Below are positions 1 to 10,993 of a DNA stretch of 64,000 nt, one piece after another. Source of the DNA: Pelobium sp. (GTDB lineage Bacteria; Bacteroidota; Bacteroidia; Sphingobacteriales; Sphingobacteriaceae). The translations under genes were made by a program, and so were the position numbers. Below the pieces are notes generated by a model that saw only the letters and a program-made list of their open reading frames with translations, was not told the DNA's origin and ran no database searches. The DNA lies in assembly GCA_044361595.1 (NCBI GenBank), contig JBIKIN010000010.1, positions 4,112-68,111 on the forward strand, in the 5' to 3' direction. Position 1 is the first letter of the stretch, and every line of letters begins with the position of its first letter.

Positions 1-346
1 CTATTCCATAAGTATAGGCAGAATCACCGTAATAGCCATTCATTAATACACCACAATCAACAGACAGAATATCTCCATCCAATAGTTGATAGTTACTTGG
101 AAATCCATGAACTACTTGGTCATTGAGACTAATACATAGTGAAGCAGGAAAACCATTAAAATTAAGAAATGCTGGAACTCCACCCGAATCTCTTATATAC
201 TCCTCGGCTACTTTATCTAGTGACTTAGTAGTAACGCCTGGGGCAATTATCTTAGCGACCTCTGCATGTGCTTTACCTACTAAAAGAGAACTAGCTCTTA
301 TTAGTTCGATTTGCTCTGCATTCTTAAAAACTATCTTATTAGACAT
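1..346 (-). CDS. map: methionine aminopeptidase (type I), 3' part outside window; not in the ORF track
   Basis: Manual translation from ATG at 346: MSNKIVFKNAEQIELIR...GFPASLCISLNDQVVHGFP...DILSVDCGVLMNGYYGDSAYT; directly downstream of secY. Confidence 0.95.
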   Translation of the reverse strand, partial: MSNKIVFKNAEQIELIRASSLLVGKAHAEVAKIIAPGVTTKSLDKVAEEYIRDSGGVPAFLNFNGFPASLCISLNDQVVHGFPSNYQLLDGDILSVDCGVLMNGYYGDSAYTYGI

Positions 347-354
347 TAACTAAT

Positions 355-1689
355 CTAAATGACAGTTCCAGTATCTGCTGAAGCCATAGCATTACGACCT
401 TTTATTCTTCCAGTCTTCATTAATCCATCATAATGACGCATTAATAAATGACTCTCTACCTGTTGTAATGTATCTAAAACTACAGCTACAAGAATTAATA
501 AAGATGTACCTCCAAAGAAATGCGCAAATTGAGAGTTAACACCCGCAATAATAGCAAAAGATGGTAGTATAGCAATTATAGCTAAGAAAATAGACCCTGG
601 AAAAGTAATTTTAGAAATAACACCATCTATAAAATCTGCAGTTGTTTTTCCAGGCTTGATACCAGGTACAAATCCACCATTCTTCTTCATATCGTCTGCC
701 ATTTGATTAGGATTAATCGTAATAGCAGTATAAAAGAAGGTAAACAGCATAATTAGAACCCCAAAAGTAATATTATAAGCTAATGAAGTATAATCACTAA
801 AAGAAGCTAATAAAGGAGATTGTGCGCTTGGGAAAAACTGGCCAATTGTAGATGGAACAAACATAATTGCTTGAGCAAATATGATAGGCATAACACCAGC
901 CGCATTTAACTTAAGCGGAATATATTGTCTAACTCCGCCATATTGCTTGTTACCAACAATTTTTTTAGCGTATTGAACAGGAACCTTTCTTGTACCTTGA
1001 ATTACTAAAACTGTAAAAACTACTACGGCAAATAATGCAACAAACTCAATAAAGAAGGCAATTAAACCTCCAGAACCATCCTTACGACTCACAAACTCCG
1101 CTCCTATACCATAAGGTAATTGGGCAATAATCCCTACCATAATTAATATAGAAATACCGTTACCAATACCTTTATCGGTTATTTTTTCGCCCATCCACAT
1201 TACAAACATCGTACCTGCAGTTAAAATAACCATAGACGAAATTGTAAATAAAGGATCAGAGAATAATCTTGCCTCGGGTGCAATTTGAGATTTCACATAC
1301 CCAATTGCTTGTAAAGCTGTAATGGCAATAGTTAGGTATCTAGTAATTTGTGTAATCTTTTTTCTACCACTTTCACCTTCCTTTTGCATCTTTTGAAAAT
1401 ACGGTACCGCAATTCCTAAAAGTTGAACAACAATGGAGGCAGAAATGTAGGGCATTACACCTAACGCAAAAATAGATGCTCTAGAGAAAGATCCCCCAGC
1501 AAACATATTTAACAAACCTAAAAGTCCTTCTTTAGCATCTTGATTATCAAGAGATGCAGGATCTACGCCAGGTAGAACAATAAATGAACCTATTCTATAT
1601 ACTAAAAGAATTAAGAGTGTGTATAAAATACGCACTCTCAATTCCTCAATCTTCCAAATATTGGATAAAGTTGTAAAAAGCTTCTTCAT
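355..1689 (-). CDS. secY: preprotein translocase subunit SecY
   Basis: Multi-TM protein with SIFALGVMPYISASIVVQLL and GIGNGISILI motifs; spc operon position. Confidence 0.99.
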   Translation of the reverse strand: MKKLFTTLSNIWKIEELRVRILYTLLILLVYRIGSFIVLPGVDPASLDNQDAKEGLLGLLNMFAGGSFSRASIFALGVMPYISASIVVQLLGIAVPYFQKMQKEGESGRKKITQITRYLTIAITALQAIGYVKSQIAPEARLFSDPLFTISSMVILTAGTMFVMWMGEKITDKGIGNGISILIMVGIIAQLPYGIGAEFVSRKDGSGGLIAFFIEFVALFAVVVFTVLVIQGTRKVPVQYAKKIVGNKQYGGVRQYIPLKLNAAGVMPIIFAQAIMFVPSTIGQFFPSAQSPLLASFSDYTSLAYNITFGVLIMLFTFFYTAITINPNQMADDMKKNGGFVPGIKPGKTTADFIDGVISKITFPGSIFLAIIAILPSFAIIAGVNSQFAHFFGGTSLLILVAVVLDTLQQVESHLLMRHYDGLMKTGRIKGRNAMASADTGTVI

Positions 1690-1697
1690 TAAAATGA

Positions 1698-2144
1698 TTA
1701 TAATTTTTCTACAGAACCACCTAAAGCCTCAATAGCTTTTTGTGCTGTAGCAGTAAATGCATGAGCCTTAACGTCTAATTTAACTTTGATTTCACCTCTT
1801 CCCATGATTTTAACTAAATCATTTTTAGAAACTAAACCATGTGCTTTTAAAGCATCTAAATCGATTAAACTTAGGCTAAATTTTTCAGCAATTGCATTTA
1901 ATACATCTAGGTTAACGCCTACGTATTCTACTCTGTTAGGATTTTTAAATCCAACCTTAGGAACACGACGTTGTAAAGGCATTTGACCACCTTCAAAACC
2001 TACCTTTGACTTGTATCCAGAACGTGAGCCAGCACCTTTGTGACCGCGTGTTGATGTTCCACCACGTCCAGAACCAGTACCACGACCGATTCTTTTTCTA
2101 TTTTTTGTTGAACCTTCTGCAGGTTTTAAATTACTTAAATTCAT
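1698..2144 (-). CDS. rplO: 50S ribosomal protein L15
   Basis: [35 protein letters not shown]. Confidence 0.99.
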   Translation of the reverse strand: MNLSNLKPAEGSTKNRKRIGRGTGSGRGGTSTRGHKGAGSRSGYKSKVGFEGGQMPLQRRVPKVGFKNPNRVEYVGVNLDVLNAIAEKFSLSLIDLDALKAHGLVSKNDLVKIMGRGEIKVKLDVKAHAFTATAQKAIEALGGSVEKL

Positions 2145-2149
2145 GGTAA

Positions 2150-2329
2150 TTATATTTTTTCTATGGCTACCAAATGATTTACTTTTTTCACCATTCCAAT
2201 AATTGCCGGATTAGCTTCTACCTCAACGCTCTGGCTGATTTTATTCAAACCTAACGCTTGCATAGTCTTTTTTTGGCGTTCACTTCTATCGATAACGCTC
2301 TTAATCTGGGTGATTTTTATCTTAGCCAT
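2150..2329 (-). CDS. rpmD: 50S ribosomal protein L30 (59 aa; not in the ORF track)
   Basis: Manual translation [59 protein letters not shown]; lies between rpsE and rplO. Confidence 0.97.
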   Translation of the reverse strand: MAKIKITQIKSVIDRSERQKKTMQALGLNKISQSVEVEANPAIIGMVKKVNHLVAIEKI

Positions 2330-2333
2330 TTTC

Positions 2334-2852
2334 TTAACCGTTAAAAACTTTACTTAATGAAACACCTCTGTTTTGTGCTACTGTGTATGCATCTCTCAAT
2401 TTAGCTAAAGCAGATATTGTAGCTTTAACCACGTTGTGAGGATTTGATGAACCTTTAGATTTTGCAAGTACATTATGTATACCCGCAGATTCTAAAACAG
2501 CTCTCATCGCACCACCTGCAATAACTCCAGTACCATTTGCAGCAGGTTTTAGGAACACAAAACCACCAGAAAATTTACCAATTTGCTCGTGAGGAATAGT
2601 GTTATTGATAATAGGAACTTTAACTAAGTTCTTTTTAGCATCATCGATACCTTTAGCAATAGCCTCAGTAACCTCTTTAGCTTTTCCTAAACCGTAGCCT
2701 ACAACACCATTTTCATCACCCACTACCACAATAGCAGAGAAACTGAAAGTACGACCACCCTTAGTAACTTTAGCAACACGTTGGATGCTTACCAAACGAT
2801 CTTTTAATTCAATCTCGTTTGCTTTTACTCTTTTTATATTTATAGTTGACAT
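2334..2852 (-). CDS. rpsE: 30S ribosomal protein S5
   Basis: [37 protein letters not shown]. Confidence 0.99.
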   Translation of the reverse strand: MSTINIKRVKANEIELKDRLVSIQRVAKVTKGGRTFSFSAIVVVGDENGVVGYGLGKAKEVTEAIAKGIDDAKKNLVKVPIINNTIPHEQIGKFSGGFVFLKPAANGTGVIAGGAMRAVLESAGIHNVLAKSKGSSNPHNVVKATISALAKLRDAYTVAQNRGVSLSKVFNG

Positions 2853-2866
2853 TTCTACTCCTAAAA

Positions 2867-3223
2867 TTAAAAGATTAAACCACCTTCACGAGCACCTTCT
2901 GCCAAAGATTTAATTCGGCCATGGTACAAGTAACCATTTCTATCAAAAACAACTTCTTTAACTCCAGCAGCCATCGCTTTTTCAGCAACTTTTTTACCAA
3001 CTTCTTTAGACTGATCTATTTTAGTTCCTTTTGCACTGAAATCTTTTTCTAATGATGATGCTGCAACAATAGTTTTACCATCAAGATCGTTGATTATTTG
3101 AGCATATATTCCTTTGTTACTTCTGAAAACAGATAGACGAGGACGCTCTGTTGAACCAGTAATTCTTTTTCTGATTCCTTTTTTTATTTTATCCCTGCGG
3201 GATGATTTAGTTTTTCCTGCCAT
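2867..3223 (-). CDS. rplR: 50S ribosomal protein L18
   Basis: [33 protein letters not shown]. Confidence 0.99.
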   Translation of the reverse strand: MAGKTKSSRRDKIKKGIRKRITGSTERPRLSVFRSNKGIYAQIINDLDGKTIVAASSLEKDFSAKGTKIDQSKEVGKKVAEKAMAAGVKEVVFDRNGYLYHGRIKSLAEGAREGGLIF

Positions 3224-3228
3224 GACAA

Positions 3229-3786
3229 TTATTTTTTAGATGCTGACTTACCTGCTTTTCTTCTCAACTGCTCGCCTACAAACTTGATACCTTTACCTTT
3301 GTATGGCTCAGGAGCTCTTAATGAACGTATTTTAGCTGCAACTTGACCAAGCAATTGCTTATCAATTGATTCTAAAATAATTGTAGGATTTTTACCTTTC
3401 TCCGCTGTTGTAGCAACTGTAATTTCTGGAGGTAATGCAAAAACAATATGATGAGAGTAACCTAGAACCAAATCTAAGGTATTACCTTGATTAGTAGCTC
3501 TATAACCTACACCAACTAATTCTTGAACTGTTTTGTATCCTTCTGTAACACCCACAACCATATTATTGATTAAAGAACGATATAAACCATGTAATGCTTT
3601 ATGACGCTTTTGATCAGTTGGACGAGTTACTAATATTTGACCCTCTTCTTGCGATATATTAATATCACTATCAACTTGTTGACTTAATTCTCCTTTTGGA
3701 CCTTTTACTGTTACAACATTATCAGCCGAAACTGTTAAAGTTACACCATTTGGAATCGAAATTGGAGCTTTACCTATTCTAGACAT
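3229..3786 (-). CDS. rplF: 50S ribosomal protein L6
   Basis: [21 protein letters not shown]. Confidence 0.99.
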   Translation of the reverse strand: MSRIGKAPISIPNGVTLTVSADNVVTVKGPKGELSQQVDSDINISQEEGQILVTRPTDQKRHKALHGLYRSLINNMVVGVTEGYKTVQELVGVGYRATNQGNTLDLVLGYSHHIVFALPPEITVATTAEKGKNPTIILESIDKQLLGQVAAKIRSLRAPEPYKGKGIKFVGEQLRRKAGKSASKK

Positions 3787-3801
3787 TTCTTTTTCCTCCT
3801 T

Positions 3802-4200
3802 TTAGTAAACGTAACATAAAACTTCGCCACCAACATTAAGTTGTTTTGCTTCTTTATCAGTCATTACACCTTTTGAAGTTGATAAGATGGCGATACCTAA
3901 ACCATTTAATACTCTAGGCATATTGCCCATACCTGCATATTTTCTCAAACCTGGCTTACTAGCTCTCGCAATGCTGCGAATAGCTGGAATTTTAGTTATC
4001 GGATGATATTTTAAAGCTACTTTAATAGTACCTTGAACATCATTATCCTCAAACTTGTAATTTGTGATGTAACCCTTATCAAAAAGTACTTTCGTAATTT
4101 CCTTTTTAAGGTTTGATGCAGGAATTTCTACAACCCTATGGTTGGCCTTGATGGCATTCCTTACTCTTGTAAGATAATCTGCTATTGGATCTGTATACAT
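3802..4200 (-). CDS. rpsH: 30S ribosomal protein S8 (start corrected to MYTDPIAD at 4200)
   Basis: TDPIADYLTRVRNA, GLGIAILSTSKGVMTD; the 4248 start in the ORF track runs through the intergenic promoter. Confidence 0.97.
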   Translation of the reverse strand: MYTDPIADYLTRVRNAIKANHRVVEIPASNLKKEITKVLFDKGYITNYKFEDNDVQGTIKVALKYHPITKIPAIRSIARASKPGLRKYAGMGNMPRVLNGLGIAILSTSKGVMTDKEAKQLNVGGEVLCYVY

Positions 4201-4237
4201 TTTATTATTATATAAATAAAAAGAATTTTTCGGACCG

Positions 4238-4245
4238 CAAAGGTA
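4238..4245 (-). promoter_or_regulatory. internal Bacteroidota housekeeping promoter -7 element (TACCTTTG) upstream of rpsH
   Basis: Exact TAnnTTTG match on the minus strand in the rpsN-rpsH gap; no clear -33 TTTG. Confidence 0.6.
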
Positions 4246-4273
4246 CAAAAAATTCTTATTAATTCTTATTTAA

Positions 4274-4543
4274 TTACCAGCTTGCTTTTGTAACCCCTGG
4301 TATTTTGCCTGCTAAAGCCATTTCACGGAATGTAACACGTGAAATACCAAACTGGCGCATGTAACCTCTTGGTCTTCCTGTTAATTTACATCTGTTGTGT
4401 AAACGCACTGGAGAAGAACTTTTTGGTAATTTATCTAAAGCTTCATAATCTCCAGCAGCTTTTAATGCTTCTCTTTTAGCAGCATACTTTGCTACCATTT
4501 TTTGACGCTTACGTTCGCGAGCTTTTATTCCTTCTTTAGCCAT
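4274..4543 (-). CDS. rpsN: 30S ribosomal protein S14 (Zn-independent, long form)
   Basis: 89 aa, [15 protein letters not shown], no CxxC pairs. Confidence 0.99.
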   Translation of the reverse strand: MAKEGIKARERKRQKMVAKYAAKREALKAAGDYEALDKLPKSSSPVRLHNRCKLTGRPRGYMRQFGISRVTFREMALAGKIPGVTKASW

Positions 4544-5105
4544 TGTTAACTATGTTATGATTTTTGAATGGTAAACCAAATTGCTTTAATAACTCTAAAG
4601 CCTCAACATCAGTTGTTGCAGAAGTTACGAAAGTAATATCCATACCTTGGATTTTGTTAATTTTATCAATATTAATTTCTGGGAAAATGATTTGCTCAGA
4701 AATACCTAAAGTGTAATTTCCTTTTCCATCAAATCCTTTATCATTAATTCCTTTAAAATCACGAATACGAGGTAAAGCAACAGAAATTAATCTATCAAGA
4801 AACTCAAACATATGGTTGTCACGTAAAGTAACACGTACACCAACTGGCATACCTTTACGCAATTTAAAGTTTGAGATATCTTTTTTAGACTTTGCAGAAA
4901 CAGCTTGTTGACCAGTAATTGTGGTTAACTCTTGTATTGCAGCTTCAACTAGTTTCTTATCAGTTACACCTGCACCAACACCTTGGTTGATTGCAATTTT
5001 ATGTAACTTAGGTACTTGCATTACACTTTTGTACTGAAATTTTTCCTTCAGTGCAGATACAATTTCCTCTTTGTATTTATTTTTTAATCTTGGTGCGTAA
5101 GCCAT
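4536..5105 (-). CDS. rplE: 50S ribosomal protein L5
   Basis: [25 protein letters not shown]. Confidence 0.99.
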   Translation of the reverse strand: MAYAPRLKNKYKEEIVSALKEKFQYKSVMQVPKLHKIAINQGVGAGVTDKKLVEAAIQELTTITGQQAVSAKSKKDISNFKLRKGMPVGVRVTLRDNHMFEFLDRLISVALPRIRDFKGINDKGFDGKGNYTLGISEQIIFPEINIDKINKIQGMDITFVTSATTDVEALELLKQFGLPFKNHNIVNNG

Positions 5106-5440
5106 TACTTAATTTCCTCCCCAGATTTTTTAGCTATTCTGATTACTTTCCCATCTTCACCTCTTTTTCTAGCAACTCTAGTAGCAGACCCTAATTTAGG
5201 ATCAACAAGCATAATGTTAGAAATATGAATTGGGGCTTCCATTTTGTTAATTCCACCGTTTGGATTAGCAGCGTTAGGTTTAGTATGCTTAGAAACCATA
5301 TTAGCTCCTTCTACTAAAACACGATTAGTTTTGGTAATTACCTCAACTACTTTACCCTGCTGACCTTTAGAGTCTCCGGCTATTACTTTTACTAAATCAC
5401 CTTTACGAATGTTTAGCTTTACGTTTTTCTTCTTTTCCAT
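5105..5440 (-). CDS. rplX: 50S ribosomal protein L24
   Basis: [24 protein letters not shown]. Confidence 0.99.
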   Translation of the reverse strand: MEKKKNVKLNIRKGDLVKVIAGDSKGQQGKVVEVITKTNRVLVEGANMVSKHTKPNAANPNGGINKMEAPIHISNIMLVDPKLGSATRVARKRGEDGKVIRIAKKSGEEIK

Positions 5441-5441
5441 A

Positions 5442-5810
5442 TTATAAAACCTCCGGCGCTAAAGACACAATTTTCATGAATTGTTTTTCACGCAACTCTC
5501 TAGCCACTGGGCCAAAGATACGAGTACCTCTCGGTTCGTCTTGAGCGTTTAACAATACTGCCGCATTATCATCAAAACGGATATAAGAACCGTCTTTTCT
5601 TCTGATTTCTTTTTTAGTTCTCACAACTACGGCTTTCGATACTGTTCCTTTTTTGATGTTTCCAGATGGAAGCGCACTTTTAACAGTAACTACCACTTTA
5701 TCACCTATAGAAGCGTATCTCTTACCGGTACCGCCTAAAACTCTAATCACTAAAACTTCTTTAGCTCCTGAATTATCGGCAACATTCAATCTTGATTCCT
5801 GTTGTACCAT
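5442..5810 (-). CDS. rplN: 50S ribosomal protein L14
   Basis: [21 protein letters not shown]. Confidence 0.99.
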   Translation of the reverse strand: MVQQESRLNVADNSGAKEVLVIRVLGGTGKRYASIGDKVVVTVKSALPSGNIKKGTVSKAVVVRTKKEIRRKDGSYIRFDDNAAVLLNAQDEPRGTRIFGPVARELREKQFMKIVSLAPEVL

Positions 5811-5811
5811 T

Positions 5812-6066
5812 TTATTTAGCCCTTTCTAAAATTTCAACTAATCTCCAGTTCTTACTCTTACTCAGCGGACGTGTCTCCATGATCAGGACAGTATCACCGA
5901 TACCGCAATCATTCTTCTCGTCATGAGCCATAAATTTGGTAGTTGTTTTAACAAACTTACCATAAATTGGGTGCTTCACTTTTCTCTCTACTGAAACAAC
6001 AACAGACTTATCCATTTTGTTGCTTACTACCAACCCAGTTCTCGTTTTTCTTAATTTTCTTTCCAT
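5812..6066 (-). CDS. rpsQ: 30S ribosomal protein S17
   Basis: [23 protein letters not shown]. Confidence 0.99.
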   Translation of the reverse strand: MERKLRKTRTGLVVSNKMDKSVVVSVERKVKHPIYGKFVKTTTKFMAHDEKNDCGIGDTVLIMETRPLSKSKNWRLVEILERAK

Positions 6067-6080
6067 TTCGACTGTAAAAA

Positions 6081-6293
6081 TTATGAATTACTTTCAGATG
6101 CTGCTTTAGCTTTACGCTGAGTTAATTCAGTATTTAAGCGAGCAACAACCTTTCTCGCCTTGTTAATTCTTGTAGGATTCTCTATAGCAGAAACTGCATG
6201 AGCAAATTTTAACTTAGTTAAAGTTGCTTTTTCCTCTTGAATTCTGGTAACGATTTCTTCGTTAGACAGGTCTTTTATTTCTGAGTATTTCAT
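6081..6293 (-). CDS. rpmC: 50S ribosomal protein L29
   Basis: [21 protein letters not shown]; operon position. Confidence 0.97.
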   Translation of the reverse strand: MKYSEIKDLSNEEIVTRIQEEKATLTKLKFAHAVSAIENPTRINKARKVVARLNTELTQRKAKAASESNS

Positions 6294-6304
6294 TGTTGTT
6301 ATTA

Positions 6305-6727
6305 TTATGCTTCTACGTAATCTCTACGTACGACAAATTTTGTTTGAACTGGTAACTTTTGAGCGGCTAATCTCATAGCCTCTTTAGCTACTTCGTAAGG
6401 TACTCCTTCTGCTTCGAAAAGGATTCTTCCAGGTCTTACTACGGCAACCCAATATTCTGGAGCACCTTTACCTTTACCCATACGTACCTCTGCTGGTTTC
6501 TTCGTTACTGGTTTGTCAGGAAAAATTCTAATCCATACTTGACCTTCACGTTTCATGAAACGAGTTACGGCAATACGAGCAGCTTCTATCTGACGGCTGG
6601 TAATCCAGCATTCTTCTAATGATTTAATTCCGAATGATCCGAAAGATAATTCTGCACCACGAGAGGCTAAGCCTTTCATTCTGCCCTTTTGCATCTTTCT
6701 AAACTTCGTTCTTTTTGGCTGTAACAT
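6305..6727 (-). CDS. rplP: 50S ribosomal protein L16
   Basis: [20 protein letters not shown]. Confidence 0.99.
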   Translation of the reverse strand: MLQPKRTKFRKMQKGRMKGLASRGAELSFGSFGIKSLEECWITSRQIEAARIAVTRFMKREGQVWIRIFPDKPVTKKPAEVRMGKGKGAPEYWVAVVRPGRILFEAEGVPYEVAKEAMRLAAQKLPVQTKFVVRRDYVEA

Positions 6728-6765
6728 TACTTAATCTTTAATTCGTTAAACGATAGTTTTAATAA

Positions 6766-7566
6766 TTATCTCTTTCCTCTTCCGGCACCTGCACCTGCAC
6801 CACCTCTGTTGTTTCCACCACGGTTACCACCTTTTCTGTCTCCACCACGATCATTACGATCGCCACGTGGAGCAAAATTAGCACCTTCTGGCTTACCACC
6901 TTTACCAGTGTTTGCGCCTATGTTAGGAGAAAGATCTCTCTTACCATAAACTTCGCCTTTACAAATCCAAACTTTAATACCTATTTTACCATAAGTTGTT
7001 AAAGCCTCACCTAAAGCATAGTCTATATCAGCTCTCAAAGTATGTAACGGAGTTCTTCCATCTTTATACTGTTCGCTACGAGCCATCTCTGCTCCACCTA
7101 ATCTTCCAGAACACATGATTTTAATTCCTTCTGCACCCATTCTCATGGTTGCAGCAATAGAGGTTTTCATAGCTCTTCTAAAAGAAATTCTAGCTTCTAA
7201 CTGCTTAGCAACACCATCAGCAACTAATTGTGCATCAAGCTCGGGACGTTTAATTTCAAATATGTTAATTTGAACGTCCTTCTTCGTTAACTTCTTTAAT
7301 TCTTCTTTAATTTTATCAACTTCAGAACCACCTTTCCCTATTACAATACCCGGACGAGCAGTGTGAATAGTTACAGTGATACGTTTTAAAGTTCTTTCGA
7401 TAACAACTTTAGAAACACCACCTTTGGCTATACGAGCAGATAAGTATTTACGAATTTTCTCGTCCTCAACTAATTTATCGGCATATTTATTACCACCAAA
7501 CCAGTTAGAGTCCCAACCTCTTACGATTCCTAATCTAAGACCTATTGGATTTGCTTTTTGTCCCAT
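6766..7566 (-). CDS. rpsC: 30S ribosomal protein S3 with Gly/Arg-rich C-terminal tail
   Basis: [26 protein letters not shown]. Confidence 0.99.
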   Translation of the reverse strand: MGQKANPIGLRLGIVRGWDSNWFGGNKYADKLVEDEKIRKYLSARIAKGGVSKVVIERTLKRITVTIHTARPGIVIGKGGSEVDKIKEELKKLTKKDVQINIFEIKRPELDAQLVADGVAKQLEARISFRRAMKTSIAATMRMGAEGIKIMCSGRLGGAEMARSEQYKDGRTPLHTLRADIDYALGEALTTYGKIGIKVWICKGEVYGKRDLSPNIGANTGKGGKPEGANFAPRGDRNDRGGDRKGGNRGGNNRGGAGAGAGRGKR

Positions 7567-7572
7567 TTCTTA

Positions 7573-7935
7573 TTAATTAGTTTGAGGTTCAACATTCTTA
7601 CTATCTACAACCAAAGTAACATGATTAGAACGCTTACGAATTCTATAACCACGACCTTGAGGTGCAGGTCTTAAACGCTTTAATTGACGACCACCATCAA
7701 CCATAATTGTTTTAACAAAAAGTTGTGCGTCTTCAGGGCGTTGACCCTCATTTTTTGATTCCCAATTTTTGATAGCTGATAATAAAAGCTTTTCAACTCT
7801 TATAGCAGCTTCTTTATTGGTATATTTTAATATGTAAAGTGCCTTTTCAACACGCTCACCTCTGATTAAATCTACAACCAGTCTCATTTTACGAGGTGAA
7901 GTTGGGCAATTATTTAATTTTGCTACTGCTTCCAT
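7573..7935 (-). CDS. rplV: 50S ribosomal protein L22
   Basis: [31 protein letters not shown]. Confidence 0.99.
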   Translation of the reverse strand: MEAVAKLNNCPTSPRKMRLVVDLIRGERVEKALYILKYTNKEAAIRVEKLLLSAIKNWESKNEGQRPEDAQLFVKTIMVDGGRQLKRLRPAPQGRGYRIRKRSNHVTLVVDSKNVEPQTN

Positions 7936-7942
7936 TGCTTAA

Positions 7943-8209
7943 TTATTTTTTCTTTTCAGCGTGACCTCTAAATGTTCTGGTTGGAGCAAACTCTCCTAAT
8001 TTATGACCAACCATGTTTTCAGTTACATATACAGGAATAAATTTATTTCCGTTGTGAACTGCAAATGTATGACCTACGAAATCTGGTGAAATCATTGATC
8101 TTCTCGACCATGTTTTAATTACAGTCTTTTTACCTGCATCATTCAAAGTAGATACTTTCTTCTCTACATTATGATCTATATAAGGTCCTTTTTTTATCGA
8201 ACGAGCCAT
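7943..8209 (-). CDS. rpsS: 30S ribosomal protein S19
   Basis: [21 protein letters not shown]. Confidence 0.99.
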   Translation of the reverse strand: MARSIKKGPYIDHNVEKKVSTLNDAGKKTVIKTWSRRSMISPDFVGHTFAVHNGNKFIPVYVTENMVGHKLGEFAPTRTFRGHAEKKK

Positions 8210-9033
8210 TATTTCTTCCTCCTAGCTATGATGAAACGATTTGAGTATTTCTTCTTATCACGTGTTTTAAAGCCTTTAGACAATAAACCTTTTCTAGAAC
8301 GTGGGTGACCACCTGATGATCTACCCTCACCACCACCCATAGGGTGATCTACTGGGTTCATTGCAACACCTCTTACTCTTGGTCTTCTACCTAACCAACG
8401 CTTTCTACCAGCTTTACCTAAAACTTCGTTTGCGTGTTCTGAGTTAGATACTGTACCTATTGTAGCAGTACAAGTAACAAGAATCATACGTGTTTCGCCT
8501 GATGGCATTTTCACAGTTGCATATCTACCGTCTCTAGCTGCTAATTGAGCATAAGAACCAGCACTTCTTGCAATTTGTGCTCCACGCCCAGGTGCTAATT
8601 CTATATTGTGAATAATAGAACCTAGAGGAATATTAGCTAACTTAATGTTGTTACCTAAATCTGGTGCTACAGCATCTCCAGAAATTACAGTAGAACCTAC
8701 TTTTAATCCTTCTGGGGCAATGATGTATCTTTTTTCACCATCTGCATAATGTAACAGCGCAATACGGGCGGTACGATTTGGATCGTACTCTATTGTTGCT
8801 ACTGTTGCGGGGATATCTTTTTTATCGCGTTTAAAATCTATTAATCGGTACAATTGCTTGTGACCCCCACCGATATAACGCATAGTCATTTTACCAGTAT
8901 TATTTCTACCACCAGATTTACCTTGTTTCACAACAAGAGTCTTCTCAGGAGTTCTAGTAGTGATTTCTGTGAAATCAGAACCTACTCTGAAACGAGTTCC
9001 GGGGGTTACTGGTTTAAATTTTCTTAAGCCCAT
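8209..9033 (-). CDS. rplB: 50S ribosomal protein L2
   Basis: [29 protein letters not shown]. Confidence 0.99.
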   Translation of the reverse strand: MGLRKFKPVTPGTRFRVGSDFTEITTRTPEKTLVVKQGKSGGRNNTGKMTMRYIGGGHKQLYRLIDFKRDKKDIPATVATIEYDPNRTARIALLHYADGEKRYIIAPEGLKVGSTVISGDAVAPDLGNNIKLANIPLGSIIHNIELAPGRGAQIARSAGSYAQLAARDGRYATVKMPSGETRMILVTCTATIGTVSNSEHANEVLGKAGRKRWLGRRPRVRGVAMNPVDHPMGGGEGRSSGGHPRSRKGLLSKGFKTRDKKKYSNRFIIARRKK

Positions 9034-9040
9034 AATTTAA

Positions 9041-9331
9041 TTAAATATTGCTATAAAAGTCAATAACTTCACCTTGTTTTAGGGTAATCACTGCTTTTTT
9101 AATTTTAGCAGCTCTACCTGATACCATACCTGCTTTTGTAGATCTGGTTTTTAATTTACCTACAACTACCATTGTATTTACAGATTCTACGGTTACACCG
9201 TACATTTCTTCAATAGCAGATTTAATTTGTAGTTTGTTAGCTCTATGATCGCACTGAAAAGTATAGCGATTCAGTTTATCAGTTAACAGTGTAGCTTTTT
9301 CTGTTAATACAGGTTTTTTTAGAATTTCCAT
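9041..9331 (-). CDS. rplW: 50S ribosomal protein L23
   Basis: KKPVLTEKA, ANKLQIKSAIEEMYGV. Confidence 0.98.
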   Translation of the reverse strand: MEILKKPVLTEKATLLTDKLNRYTFQCDHRANKLQIKSAIEEMYGVTVESVNTMVVVGKLKTRSTKAGMVSGRAAKIKKAVITLKQGEVIDFYSNI

Positions 9332-9332
9332 A

Positions 9333-9962
9333 TTACTTAGCTAGTGCCTCCTCCAATGATTTTACCGAACCGGTAGTTAATACTAATTTTCCAGCATTTA
9401 ATACATCATATGTATTTAACTGATCTGCTGTGATAACTTTAGTTTTTTGAATATTTCTGCTTGATAAATAAACATTATCATTTGCAGCAGGAAGAACGAT
9501 TAAAGTTTTCTCTGAAGAGAAGTTTAATGCCCCCAATAAACTAATAAAGTTTTTAGTCTTTGGACTATCAAAACTGAAGTCTTCTAAAACTATAACACTG
9601 TTATCTTTTGCTTTGTATGCTAAAGCAGATTTACGAGCTAATGCTTTTAATTTTTTATTTAATTTAAAACTATAGTCACGAGGTTGAGGACCGAATATTC
9701 TACCACCACCATTAAATAATGGAGATTTAATACTTCCTGCTCTTGCACCACCAGTTCCCTTTTGCTTATATAACTTACGGGTTGACCCAGCAATCTCATT
9801 ACGTTGCTTAGACTTGTGAGTACCTTGACGTTGATTTGCTAAAAATTGCTTAACATCTAAATAAATAGCGTGATCGTTAGGCTCGATACCGAAGATTTCA
9901 TCAGACAGTTGCACCTTGACACCTGTTTCTTTTCCTGATACGTTTAATACTTTAACTTCCAT
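9333..9962 (-). CDS. rplD: 50S ribosomal protein L4 (start corrected to MEVKV at 9962)
   Basis: [21 protein letters not shown]; the 9974 start would overlap the rplC stop. Confidence 0.98.
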   Translation of the reverse strand: MEVKVLNVSGKETGVKVQLSDEIFGIEPNDHAIYLDVKQFLANQRQGTHKSKQRNEIAGSTRKLYKQKGTGGARAGSIKSPLFNGGGRIFGPQPRDYSFKLNKKLKALARKSALAYKAKDNSVIVLEDFSFDSPKTKNFISLLGALNFSSEKTLIVLPAANDNVYLSSRNIQKTKVITADQLNTYDVLNAGKLVLTTGSVKSLEEALAK

Positions 9963-9963
9963 C

Positions 9964-10581
9964 TTACTTCTCAATTAATACGTACGAACCCTTAGCTCCT
10001 GGTATTGAACCGCTCACTACTAATAAATTTTGCTCTGCAAATACTTTAACGATTTGAAGGTTCTGAATTTTCACTCTTGAACCACCTGTTCTACCGGCCA
10101 TTCTCATACCCTTAAATACTCTTGAAGGATAAGAAGACGCACCTAATGAACCTGGAGCTCTTAAACGGTTATGCTGACCGTGAGTTTGCATACCCACACC
10201 GCTAAATCCGTGGCGCTTTACAACACCTTGAAAACCTTTACCTTTAGAAGTACCCACTACGTCAACGTAATCGCCTTCTAAAAAAAGATTTACATCAACA
10301 ACTTCACCTAAAGATTTTGCTTCTGTAAAATACTTAAACTCCACAACCTTTCTTTTAGGTGTAGTTTCAGCTTTTGCAAAATGGCCTTTTAATGAAGAAG
10401 TAGTGTTTTTTTCTTTTTTCTCATCGTAAGCTAACTGCACTGCAGCGTAGCCATCACTCTCGATGGTTTTCACTTGTGTTACTACACAAGGGCCAGCTTC
10501 TATCACAGTACATGGTATATTCTTACCGTCTGCGTCGAAAATGCTGGTCATTCCTACTTTTTTTCCAATAATTCCTGACAT
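9964..10581 (-). CDS. rplC: 50S ribosomal protein L3
   Basis: [23 protein letters not shown]. Confidence 0.99.
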   Translation of the reverse strand: MSGIIGKKVGMTSIFDADGKNIPCTVIEAGPCVVTQVKTIESDGYAAVQLAYDEKKEKNTTSSLKGHFAKAETTPKRKVVEFKYFTEAKSLGEVVDVNLFLEGDYVDVVGTSKGKGFQGVVKRHGFSGVGMQTHGQHNRLRAPGSLGASSYPSRVFKGMRMAGRTGGSRVKIQNLQIVKVFAEQNLLVVSGSIPGAKGSYVLIEK

Positions 10582-10654
10582 TTCTATATTTTAATTAACA
10601 CCCATCGAAGCAGTAGGGCTTCGTTCAAGGTGGAGATTATCCGCTCATTTGCGG
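10582..10654 (-). promoter_or_regulatory. structured 5' leader of rplC, candidate ribosomal-protein autoregulatory leader
   Basis: Relatively GC-rich UTR between promoter and ATG with hairpins CCGC-aaauga-GCGG and CGAAGC-ccuacu-GCUUCG. Confidence 0.5.
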
Positions 10655-10658
10655 ACGG

Positions 10659-10689
10659 CAAAGATAGGAAACACTTATTAATTATCAAA
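10659..10689 (-). promoter_or_regulatory. Bacteroidota housekeeping promoter of the rplC superoperon
   Basis: TTTG (10686-10689), 19-nt spacer, TATCTTTG (10659-10666): full -33/-7 consensus. Confidence 0.85.
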
Positions 10690-10850
10690 TAGTTATGAGT
10701 TTATTTTTCTATTTTTTTTTATTAGGTAAAAACAAGTAGCTAAAAACGAGTTGAAACAACAAGAATTTATCAATTAAATTTATTCAATACATTGATTAAC
10801 AGACATTAATTATATAAGAAATAAGTTATAAACATTGCGACTTTTTAACT

Positions 10851-10962
10851 TAGGGTAATTGATAAAAGTGTTTGTTTTCTTTTATAAACTATTGATAGAC
10901 AAATTAGCTACTGAACTTTTAGAATCGGAAAAGCTTAAATATTATTTTGGTAGGGTAATTGA
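10851..10962 (+). repeat. exact 12-bp direct repeat TAGGGTAATTGA, two copies 100 bp apart
   Basis: Copies at 10851-10862 and 10951-10962. Confidence 0.8.
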
Positions 10963-10993
10963 GCTTTAAGTATTAATTACAAATTAATTAAAC

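Noticed and set aside
123-353. 76-aa plus-strand ORF from the track
   Set aside because: Antisense shadow of map, which is clearly encoded on the minus strand (ATG at 346).
3802-4248. N-terminally extended S8 (148 aa)
   Set aside because: The extension crosses the intergenic promoter; the conserved S8 start is at 4200.
6766-6900. Gly/Arg-rich tail of S3 as a novel domain
   Set aside because: Low-complexity S3 tails are common in Bacteroidota.
1786-7576. Plus-strand ORFs 1786-1986 and 7376-7576
   Set aside because: Antisense to rplO and rpsC; no recognisable features.
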